From Ministeria vibrans ATCC 50519 (lineage: Eukaryota; Protista; Filasterea), in NCBI GenBank assembly GCA_943704425.1, contig CALSCP010000945.1:1-64000 (forward strand): DNA of 64,000 bases. Reading direction: 5' to 3'. The position numbers were made by a program, and so were the translations under genes. A model generated the notes under the pieces. It was not told the DNA's origin. It ran no database searches and saw only the letters and a list, made by a program, of their open reading frames with translations. Below are positions 39,833-51,502 of this stretch, piece after piece. Within the stretch, counting starts at the first letter, position 1; each line of letters begins with the position of its first letter.

Positions 39833-42800
39833 ATGCGTTTGGCACTGATAGGCACGGCATGCCTGCTCCTTGCTGGACTTTCTGCGGTCCATGGTACCGC
39901 CCTTGATACGCCTGTCATGATGACCACTCGTGGCATGCCTGAGTTTCGGCATCTCGTAAGCCATTTTGCACCGTTTCGCCGTGTCGTTTTTTTTTATCGT
40001 TGGCGCTCCCTTCCAAAATCGTCCTTGAGACATCCCCAACATCCCTGCTTGCCCCCTCCCCTGTGTCATACATCACTTTTGAATGCTACACGCCCCTCAT
40101 TCCCCCACTCCCTGACGTCGGCACGTCAATTTATGCCATCTCTTTAAGCCGAGACGTCTTTTTTTTATACATATTCAAAAAAAAAAGTCGCCGCCCATCG
40201 CGCCTCGTGACCCTCAACCTCGCCGAGAACCCTGGAGGCTCCATTTACTCTTTATTGGACACCACTCGCACTGTTTGGGCGTCGTTTTGAATAGCGTGTG
40301 CGGCGCAGTTCGAGATGCCGTGTGTGCGATTGCACAAAAAAAAAAAAAAAAAAAAAACGAACTCGTGCTAAGAACCATAATCCAACTCGTCAGGCGCATC
40401 ATTGGTATTGCGCCTTGCTCTTTGCGTGCTGCTCTTTAAGCGATCCAATATTCTAACACGTTGGCAACGACTTTTTTTTTTCTTTTCTTCTTTTTTCTCG
40501 TAACGCTCTCTTGAAAATCAACACTATCCACGCTTCATTCCATTGGCCATGTTACACCATCTCTTAACAATCTTTCCTCCCCTCCTCCCCTCTCTTCCGC
40601 ATGGGCTCACTTTCTCACCCCCTTTTCTTTTTTGTTTCCTCCCATTTTTTTTTCTACGAGTGTCATTCGCTGTCCTCCCAAAAGCACCGTCTCTGATCCA
40701 ATTCAGGCCCTGTTAGCATTCCACGCTTTATCATATTCCCTTGATTGGCAATGCTCTCCCGCAGAATCATTCATTAGTTTTTTTTTTTTTTTTTTTTTTT
40801 TTTGACGCTGATGTCCTTTTTTTCTCGCCATCTCACGTACTGTCGTAGGCACGCCGTGGCTTTACATGCGGCTCGGAAGAGTGTCTCAATGGCGCCTCTT
40901 GTTCCGCCAACCTGTGCGTCTGCTCCGAAGGCTACACTGGAGCGGATTGCTCCGTGAACATTGGCGGTTGCAGCGGAGGCTCTGCCTGCGAGAACTCCGG
41001 CACCTGCACTGGCGTCGACTCGCTTGTGCAGTCGCAAAACACCGCCAATGACTTCTCGGCCTTTGACGAGGGAGTTGGTTGTGCGTCGACGGACCGCTCG
41101 TTCGCCAACCAGTTCTACCGTTTCTACGACGTGTGCAGCGAAGCCAACTTTGAAGGCCAGTCGCTCACCATCACCCACGTCGAATTTGTGGCAGCCAGTG
41201 CGACTGGATCACCCAACAACGGTGACCAACTCACCGTGTCTCTTCACGAGTTCGAGCAACAAGGAAACTCACCGGCGCTTAGCGACCTCGGCAACATTCT
41301 CGCGTCAAAGAACGTCCCTTTCACCACCCTTGTTCCGCTCTCGACCTCGGCCGAGACTCAGTATGTGAGCGTTGCTTTGACCACGCCCGTGGTGGTCAAC
41401 TGCGGTGACAGCATTGCCGTCAAGCTGAGTCACCCTCAGCTGTCATTCCGCTTTTTCTTTGGCTCCAACACCGCTGGCGACGAGTCTTCGCCTGCCTACC
41501 ATCTCTCACCGTGCACCAGCAACCAGCTGGTCGACTACTCCAACTTTGTGGAATCCCTCAACGTCGAGCCGCACGCCACCCACTTCCCTATCAACATTCG
41601 CCTCGACAGCAGCCAGGCCCTCGAGTGTGCCTGTACCGCTGGCTTCGAGGGTGACCGCTGCCAGAGCGACATCAACGAGTGCGACTCGAACCCCTGCGAG
41701 AATGGCGGCACATGTCACGACGGCGCCGCCTCGTACTCTTGCAGCTGTGCTGCTGGCTTCACTGGCGACATCTGCGAGACCAACATCGACGACTGTGTCT
41801 CGGACCCCTGTGACAACGCTGGCACCTGCACCGACGGTGTCAACTCGCACACTTGCTCGTGTGTCTCGGGCTACACCGGTGACAACTGCGAAACGAACAT
41901 TGATGACTGCACCGCGAACAGCTGCCAAAACAGCGGCACTTGCTACGACGGTGTTGATTCGGTCACGTGCGACTGCGCGTCAGGCTTCACTGGCGACATC
42001 TGCGAGACCAACATTGACGACTGTGTCTCGGGCCCCTGTGACAACGGTGCCACATGCAATGACGGTGTTGATTCGTACACGTGTGATTGTGCCACGGGCT
42101 TTGAGGGTCTTGATTGCGAGACCAACATTGATGACTGCGCCGGGAGCCCGTGCAACAACGGTGGTAGCTGTACAGACGGTACTGCCACGTTCTTTTGTGA
42201 CTGTCCCGCAGGCTTGACTGGCAACACTTGTGACGACGACGTTGCCGAGTGCGACTCGAACCCTTGCGAGAATGGCGGCACATGTCACGACGGTACCAAC
42301 TCGTTCTCTTGCAGCTGTGCTGCTGGCTTCACTGGCGACATCTGCGAGACCAACATCGACGACTGTGTCTCGGACCCCTGTGACAACGCTGGCACCTGCA
42401 CCGACGGTGTCAACTCGTACGCTTGCTCGTGTGTCTCGGGCTACACCGGTGACAACTGCGAAACGAACATTGATGACTGCACCGCGAACAGCTGCCAAAA
42501 CAGCGGCACTTGCTACGACGGTGTTGATTCGGTCACGTGCGACTGCGCGTCAGGCTTCACTGGCGACATCTGCGAGACCAACATCNNNNNNNNNNNNNNN
42601 NNNNNNNNNNNNNNNNNNNNNNNNNNNNNNNNNNNNNNNNNNNNNNNNNNNNNNNNNNNNNNNNNNNNNNNNNNNNNNNNNNTGACTGCACCGCGAACAG
42701 CTGCCAAAACAGCGGCACTTGCTACGACGGTGTTGATTCGGTCACGTGCGACTGCGCGTCAGGCTTCACTGGCGACATCTGCGAGACCAACATCGACGAC

Positions 42801-45800
42801 TGTGTCTCGGGCCCCTGTGACAACGCTGGCACCTGCACCGACGGTGTTGATTCGTACACGTGTGATTGCGTCTCGGGCTACACCGGTGACGACTGCGAGA
42901 CGAACATTGATGACTGCACCGCGAACAGCTGCCAAAACAGCGGCACTTGCTACGACGGTGTCAATTCGGTCACGTGCGTCTGCGCGTCAGGCTTTACTGG
43001 CGACATCTGCCAGACCAATATCGACGACTGTGTCTCGGGCCCCTGTGACAACGGTGCCACGTGCAATGACGGTGTTGATTCGTACACGTGTGATTGTCCC
43101 GCGGGCTTCACCGGCGAAAGCTGCGAGACCAACATTGACGATTGCGACCCTAACCCTTGTCAGAACTCGGGTACCTGCAGCGACGCCGTCAACAACTTCG
43201 TGTGCAGCTGCATTGCGGGCTATACGGACACGACGTGCACGACCAACATTGACGACTGTGTGCCCAACCCTTGCAAGAACGGCGCCCCCTGTACCGACGG
43301 AGTCACCTCGTATGTCTGTAATTGTCCCTCTGGCTTCACGGGAGACGATTGTGAGACCAACATTGATGATTGTGTCTCGGGCCCTTGCGATAACGGTGCC
43401 ACTTGCACTGACGGTGTCGATTCGTACACGTGCAACTGTGCCGCAGGTTTTGAGGGTAGCGATTGCGAGACAGACATTGACGATTGTGCAACGGATCCCT
43501 GTCAAAACGGCGGTTCTTGCACCGACCAGGTCAACGACTACACTTGCGTGTGCGCTACTGGCTACGCGGGTAGCGATTGCGAGACTAACATCAATGACTG
43601 TGCCACGTCACCCTGCGACAATGGCGCTACCTGCAACGATGGCGTTGCCACGTACACTTGCGACTGTGTTGCTGGCTACACAGGGAGCGACTGTGAGACC
43701 AACATTGATGACTGTGCTCACTCACCGTGCCAAAATAGTGGCAGTTGCATTGATCAAGTGGATGGCTATTTTTGCAAGTGTGCTCCCGGGTTCGAAGGAG
43801 ACGACTGTGAGACCAACATTGACGAGTGCCAAGGTGGCCCGTGTGACAATGGCGGTACCTGCTACGACGGAGTGAATAGCTATTCTTGCATGTGCTCAAT
43901 GGGTTGGACTGGCAGTAGCTGCGATACCAGTGTGGACGAGGTAAAGAAAATTAAATGACATGAAAATGCCTAAAATAATCATCATAATTTTTCGATATAG
44001 TGTGCCTCGAACCCTTGTGAGAACGGTGGTACCTGCTACGATCGGCACCTGGCCTACTCTTGCGATTGTCACTTCCCGTACGGCGGACAGAACTGCCACC
44101 TGCACCATGGACCCGAACTGTGCGACTCATCGCCCTGTGTCAACGATGCGCCTTGCAACGTCGAGCTGCCCGACGTCCAGTCGCATCCGGCTGTTCTATC
44201 GTTCACCTCAGTTATCGAGAGTTCCACCACCAACACCCCCAGCCAGTCGCTCATTGGCTGGCGCTTTGACGTCGACCAAACCATCTCAATCAGCCGCATT
44301 GGTCTGCTCGATCTTGATTCACCCGGTCTCCAGGAATGGCACGAGGTCACAATTTTCCGAAACGACTCAACCATTCTCGGTGTGGCCTGGCTCGGTCCCA
44401 CCGCGTCGGCACCCGAGGGCCAGACTGTCGACACGGACTCGTCCTCCGTGAAGACTTGGCACACTTTTGGTGACCTCACGCTTACTCCCGGCTCCTACTA
44501 CATCCAGGCCACACTTGGCGGGGGTTTGGACCGCTACCACATTTCGTCGACTGAACTCAAAAGCTCGACGGGTGTCACTTTCCGCAGCCGTTGCCAGTGC
44601 GTTAACGCCAGTCCTACGACCCTCTGCACCACGTGCAACGAAGAGGCTTTTGGTCGCTATGGCCCCAACTTTGATTTTGTCCTGGGCGACCTTTGGTCTC
44701 CCGAGTGCAACTGCTCGTACGGTTTCACTGGCGAGCGCTGCGAGACGGACATTGATGAGTGCAGTTCGGACCCCTGCATGAACGGCGGCTCCTGCATCGA
44801 AGGATTTGACATTGCCTCGTTTGGCACCTACGAGTGCTTCTGCATTGCGGGCTACACCGGCGATCACTGCGAGACCAACATTGACGACTGTGTCTCGGAC
44901 CCTTGCGAGAACGATGGAACTTGCCTCGACTCTGCCGACGCGCCCAACCTGTTCACATGTACTTGTGCCAACGGCTACACCGGTGATAGCTGCCAGTCGG
45001 AGGTTGACGAGTGTGCCCCAGCGCCCTGTCAAAACGGCGGTACCTGCGCGGACGATGTGGGTTTCTACACCTGCACCTGTGTCAGCGGCTTTGTTGGCCC
45101 CGATTGCGAGACGGAGGTTGACGAGTGTCTGTCAAATCCATGCAAGAACGGTGGATCTTGCATGGATATGCCAAGTGGTTTCACCTGCTCCTGTGCTAGC
45201 GGCTTTACCGGTGAAACTTGCCAGACCAACATTGACGATTGTCCGTCCAACCCGTGTGAGAACGGTGGCACTTGCATCGATGGCGTCAACAGCTACACGT
45301 GCTCGTGTGGCTGCGGCTACACTGGAGAGATTTGCACTGAAATCTTTGGCGCTGACACGTGCGCATCGGACCCGTGCGAGAACTCGGGAACGTGCTCCTC
45401 TTGTGTCTCCCTTCCCACCGGCAACCTGGCCGTCACGTCGTTTGGCTTCACCTTTAAGAGCAGTGACACTGGTTCGCGAACCATCGGCTCCAAGTTCTCC
45501 ATCTCCGAGACAGTCACTGTGACAGGTCTGGCCCTGGTTCGAACCGAATCGTCCTTCGACTCGAGCCACTTCATCCAAGTCGTGAACGCTGACAATGTTA
45601 ATGCTGGTCCCATTGTCTGGGGCGCCCTCACCGAGGACAATTCCAAGGAAGAGTCGAACGGTTTTTACTCGACATCTGAAATTGCAGGCACGCTTGTTCT
45701 CAGCCCTGGTTCTTACATTGTATCGGCGCACTTCCCTTCGGGCACCGCCGATAACTACTATGTCGAGGCAGCCTCAATTGGCTTCGCTAGCCAACATTTC

Positions 45801-48800
45801 ACCCAAAACGAGCGTTGCTTCTGCTCCGGTACCAACACGACTGATGTGTGCACTACGTGCAACAACGAAGCCATTGGTCGCTTTGGCCCGCACATTATGT
45901 ACGTCTCAGGTGACAGCTTTTCCTACTCCTGTGATTGCCCCGCCTCTTTCACGGGCGATTCGTGCGAAACCGAGATTGGCGCCTGCGACTCCAATCCGTG
46001 TCTCAACGGCGCCACTTGCAACAATGCATTCCCTGGCTACACGTGTACTTGTATTGCTGGATACACCGGTATCGATTGTGGGCAAGACATCAACGAGGTA
46101 CACTGACTGGAGTAGTTATTTTTCGTTTGACTGTAATTATTTTTTTCTTAGTGTGCCTCGTCCCCGTGCGAGAATGGTGGATCCTGCAAGAACGAGCTCG
46201 ACAAGTTTTCGTGCGACTGCGAAACCGGCTACACTGGTGACGTCTGCGAGACAAACATTGATGACTGTGTTAGCAACCCATGTGAGAATGGTGGCACATG
46301 CTCTGATGGCTTGGCCAGCTATCTTTGCCAATGCGTCTCAGGTAAGACAGGCACAGACTGCTCGCAGGAAGTCGACGACTGCTCGTCCAACCCGTGTGAG
46401 AACAGTGGCACGTGCATCGACGGCGCGAACAGCTACACTTGCTCTTGCCCCGCCGGCTTCAGCGGTGTCCACTGTGAGACAAACATCGACGAGTGCGCCG
46501 GAAACCCATGCCTGAACAGCGGTACATGTACCGATGGCATCAACCAGGCGATCTGCGATTGCCATGAAGGCTTCGCTGGACTCACTTGTGAGACAGAAAT
46601 CATGCCCTGCTCCTCGAACCCTTGCCAGAACGCTGGTACTTGCGATTCCACTTTGGCCACGCACGTGTGCTACTGTGTCGCTGGTTACACTGGTCCATTC
46701 TGTGAGTCTAACATTGATGAGGTAAAAAAAATTTATTATAAAAATAATTATAAGCAATCATATCAAAATAATCATTGTTGATATTAATTAAAATCTCCTT
46801 TTTAGTGTGTCTCGAACCCTTGTGAGAATGGTGGTACCTGTGTGGACGGTGTTAATGAGTTCGTTTGCGACTGTCCGCTTGGATGGTCGGACGAGCACTG
46901 CGAGTTCAACTTGAACGAATGCCTGTCGAACCCGTGCAAGAACGGCGGTACTTGCATGGACGGTCTCGCGTCTTACACATGCTCGTGCGCACTTGGATTC
47001 ACGGGTGACGATTGCGCGACTAACATTGACGACTGCACCTCAAACCCATGCGAGAATGGTGCCACTTGCAACGACGGTGTCAACTCATACACGTGCGACT
47101 GTATGGCTGGATACAACGGCGACAGCTGCGAGAACAACATTGATGACTGTGCCTCGAACCCGTGCGAGAGCGGCGCCACGTGCAACGACGGTGTTACCTC
47201 GTACACGTGCGACTGTATGGCTGGATACAACGGCGACAACTGCGAGAACAACATTGACGACTGCGCCTCGAACCCGTGCGAGAGCGGCGGCACCTGCAAC
47301 GACGGTGTCACCTCGCACACTTGTGACTGTGTTGCCGGATACAACGGCGACAACTGCGAGAACAACATCGACGAGTGCGCTTCGAACCCGTGCGAGAACG
47401 GCGCCACCTGCAACGACGGTATCAACTCATACACGTGCGACTGCATGGCTGGATACAACGGCGACAACTGCGAGAACAACATTGACGACTGCGCCTCGAA
47501 CCCGTGCGAGAGCGGCGCGACCTGCAACGACGGTGTCACCTCGTACACTTGTGATTGTGCNNNNNNNNTGGATACAACGGCGACAACTGCGAGAACAACA
47601 TTGACGACTGCGCCTCGAACCCGTGCGAGAGCGGCGCGACCTGCAACGACGGTGTCACCTCGTACACTTGTGATTGTGCCGACGGATACAGCGGCGACAA
47701 CTGCGAGAACAACATTGACGACTGTGCCTCGAACCCGTGCGAGAACGGTGCCACCTGCAACGACGGTATCACCTCGTACACTTGTGATTGTGCCGCTGGA
47801 TACAACGGCGACAACTGCGAGAACAACATTGACGACTGTGCCTCGAACCCGTGCGAGAGCGGCGCCACGTGCAACGACGGTGTCACATCGTACACTTGTG
47901 ACTGTGCTGCCGGATACAACGGCGACAACTGCGAGAACAACATTGACGACTGCGCTTCGAACCCGTGCGAGAACGGCGCCACCTGCAACGACGGTGTCAC
48001 ATCGTACACTTGTGACTGTGCTGCCGGATACAACGGCGACAATTGCGAGAACAACATTGACGAGTGCGCTTCGAACCCGTGCGAGAACGGCGCCACGTGC
48101 AACGACGGTATCAACTCGTACACATGCGACTGCATGGCTGGATTCAACGGCGACAACTGCGAGAACAACATTGACGAGTGCGCTTCGAACCCGTGCGAGA
48201 ACGGCGCCACCTGCAACGACGGTGTCACCTCGTACACTTGCAACTGTGCTGTGGGCTTCTCGGGCGACGCGTGCGCCACCAACGACGACGACTGCGCCTC
48301 GAACCCGTGCGAGAACGGCGCCACCTGCAACGATGGTGTCACCTCGTACACTTGCGACTGTGCTGTGGGCTTCTCGGGCGACGCGTGCGCCACCAACGAC
48401 GACGACTGCGCCTCGAACCCGTGCGAGAACGGCGCTACCTGCAACGACGGCATGAACTCGTACACTTGCGACTGTGCTGTGGGCTTCTCGGGCGACACAT
48501 GCGCCACCGAAGACGATGAGTGTCTCTCGAACCCTTGTGAGAATGGCGGTACCTGTAGCGACCAGGTCAATTCATTCTCGTGCGTCTGCGCCGATGGTTT
48601 CCTGGGTGACACCTGTGCCGACCAGCTTACGGCTCTGTGCAATTCATCGCCCTGCCACAACGGAGGTACTTGCACCGGTGTGGGCCAGGTTTTCACTTGC
48701 GTGTGTGCAAGTGGTTTCACCGGCACGCTTTGCAACCAGGATGTGGACGAGTGTGACTCTTCACCCTGTATGAACGGCGGTGAGTGCTCGCAGGGAGCCG

Positions 48801-51502
48801 CAATCAATGCCCGAGTTGTCGACATCACGACTGCCGGCTCGGAGAACGTCCTCGACGAAGGCGACCTCATTCCCTTCTCAACCAAGTCGTTTGCCCAGCG
48901 TCAGCAGATTCTTGTTCTCGCCCATGAGTTTGCGGATCAGGCCATCGAGGCCGGTTCCGTCATCTCTTCGCTTGAGCTGGAAATCACCACTCCGGACACA
49001 CGCACGTACAAGAATGTCCAGATTCAGCTGCTCGCCTCATCGCTGACTACCATCGCCACGCTCCAAGATATGAGCAGTGCCACCACCGTGTTTACCGCTT
49101 CTTCATTTGATATCCAACAATCGGGCCGCGTCACCTTCACCTTCAACACCAACTTTGTCTACGACGGTTCCTCGGCAGTCATTGTGCAGTTTTGCCACCA
49201 GGCCGACGCGGCCAGTGAGGTGGGCTTAAGCGAAGTGCTCTCCATGCCTGTGCGTCTCCACGCCACCATTATCACCAACCTCTTTGTCAGCACCAAAGCG
49301 GACAGCACACTTGTGGGCTCCATCTGCGACCAGTCGACCCCTGCCAACGCCAAGCCCGTGCGCCCCGTCATTTACTTTGGTATTGCATCGAGCTTCACGC
49401 CCAACTTCTATGAGTGCGAGTGTCCCTCCTCGTTCACGGGTGCACAGTGCGAGACGGACATGACCTTTACGCCCATCACGACCATCTGGCCCTTCGACGA
49501 CGGCAAGAACACCGGTCTGCCCTCGGTCAACGTCGTCGATCCCTTCGGCACCTCGACCGCGCTTGACTTTGATGGCTCCTCCACCACCGTCGTCGCTGAG
49601 GTCACCGCAATGCCAACGTCGCCCTTCGACGGCTTCTCGTTTGGTGCTTGGGTCAAGTCGGACGCCACCAAGAACGGCTGGATCATGATCCAGGACCAGT
49701 CTGGTCAACGCGACTACGGTCTGTACCACTTACTCTCAGCAAACCAGCTGTGGGTGCAGTTTACTGTGGGCACCTCGCAAACGACACTCAAATATGAGGC
49801 TGAGCTGGGCATCAACTGGCACCACATTGTCGTGACCATTGGTTCATCTGTGACCGTCACCCTTGACGGTGTGCAGCTTAGCGTTGCTGCAGGCGACGAC
49901 ACCAACGTGGGTTCTGTCAACGAGGGCTCAGGTGGCGTGCGGATTGGTACACGCGCCGGCTCCAGCAGCTTCTTCTTTGACGGTTCCATCTTCAGCGCGT
50001 TCGTCACCAGGTCCGATAGCTTCTCGCACTGCGCATTTGCCTCGCGCGGCCTCAACGGCGACTCCACCAGCGGCGTGTGCTCGGGTCAGGGAACGTGTAA
50101 CGACGAGGCGGTCGGCTTCACGTGCTCGTGCAACACAGGCTTCACCGGCGCTCGCTGCGAGGAGACTCTTGCTCCCGTCACCACCATTTGGCCGTTTGAT
50201 ACTGGCAAGAACACGGGTCTGCCCTCGTCGCTCACTACCGATCCATTTGGCAGCTCAAACGCCCTCGTCTTTGATGGCGCCTCCTCGGTGGTTGCTCTTG
50301 CGTCGGAAATGCCCGAGCAGCCGTTTGGCGGCTTTGCCTTTGGCCTGTGGGTGCAGAGCACCTCCAAGGACGCGTGGCTCCTTATCAATGACAACGGCGG
50401 CAGTCGCCACTACGGTGTCCTCTCCAAGGCGTCCATCGGTCAGCTGTGGGTGCAGTACACCAACAGCGGTGGATCGCGCGTCACCATCAAGTACCCGGCC
50501 ATTGTGGACGACGGCGACTGGCACCACATTGTGGTTGTGTATGACGAGTCAAGTATCTCTCTTTTCCTCGACGGTGTCAAACTGTCGCCGAGCAGTGGGA
50601 CGGAGACAGGCATTGCGTTTGTCAGCGAGGGCAGTGGTGCTGTGCGCATGGGCACACGTGCCGGTTCCAGCAGCTTCTTCCTCAATGGTGCGATGTTTGG
50701 TGCCTTTGTCACAAGCAACGACGAGTCCCTGTCGCTGTGCGCCATGGCGTCGCGTGGCCTCAACGGCGAGTCAACTGCCGGCGTGTGCGGTGTGGGTACC
50801 TGCCAGGAGACGGCCAACGGTTACACGTGCGACTGTCCCTCGAACGCGTCGGGTGACCGCTGTGAGCTTACTAGCGGCGTTGAGCTGGTGTCTCAGGTGA
50901 CCCAGTCCACCGGTGCTACCATCAACGGTGACACCGTTGTCTTTGACAGCGCCACCTCGTTTGCAATTGTGCCGTCGTCGGCTCTGCCTGCGCCCCAGCC
51001 CAACATGGGAAACTTTGTCTTTGGCACTTTTATCACTGCGCCCAACACTGGCTACCTCTTCTTCAAGGGGCCCACCGGCCTTCAGCGTCGCGTCGCGCTT
51101 TTCTTGAAATCCACGGGCGACCTTGACTTCTACTACCGCGCCGTGGGTCTGTCGGGCAACAAGGTGGCGCGGATCGGCACAATCTCGTTGAGCACCAAAC
51201 ACCACGTTGCCATTCGCTATGACTCGGCCTCCGCAACCGTCACTGGCTTTATTGACGGTGTAGCCCAGTCGCCGAAGACGCTGTTGGCGGCTATTGACTT
51301 TGGTGTCACGGAGGACTATGTCCTGGGTGCGCGTCGCAACAACGCTGGCACCGCCTACCAGTTTGGTCTGTTGAGCGGCACTCTGCAGCGCGCTGTGCTC
51401 GCGACTGGTGCCCCCAGCCTCTGTTCCATTGCGTCCGACGACCTCGCCTGCCCCGGTAGCTCCATCTGCACTGACAATGGTCTCGGCTACACCTGTGTCT
51501 AA
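39833..51502 (+). CDS. Giant secreted cbEGF-repeat protein, paralog 2 (signal peptide, EGF arrays with 4 inserted domains, 3 LamG-like domains, no TM); 5 exons, two internal gaps
   Basis: Signal peptide [21 protein letters not shown]; introns 39956-40848, 43941-44000, 46098-46151, 46722-46805; shares the N-terminal insert and the LamG motif [13 protein letters not shown] with paralog 1. Confidence 0.9.
41680..43100 (+). repeat. Internal EGF block duplications in paralog 2 (570-nt and 228-nt offsets)
   Basis: [16 protein letters not shown] recurs 570 nt apart; [18 protein letters not shown] occurs at least four times. Confidence 0.85.
47025..48500 (+). repeat. 114-nt coding tandem repeat, near-identical to the 29707-31318 array
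   Basis: Same nucleotide unit (ggatacaacggcgacaactgcgagaacaacattgacgactg...). Confidence 0.93.

Noticed and set aside
42586-47568. Apparent frameshifts in paralog 2 (and at 30706-31166 in paralog 1)
   Set aside because: Frame changes coincide with N gaps of estimated length, so there is no evidence for pseudogenes or recoding.
29472-48885. Long Thr/Arg/Ala-rich alternative-frame ORFs and antisense ORFs over the EGF arrays
   Set aside because: They are by-products of repetitive, C-ending codon usage and have no independent start, splice signals or domain.
27862-51502. Calling the EGF genes Notch, Delta, Crumbs or fibropellin, or linking them to the ADAM gene as a Notch pathway
   Set aside because: No TM, DSL, LNR, ankyrin, CUB or avidin domains are visible, and the ADAM is 26 kb away among unrelated genes.
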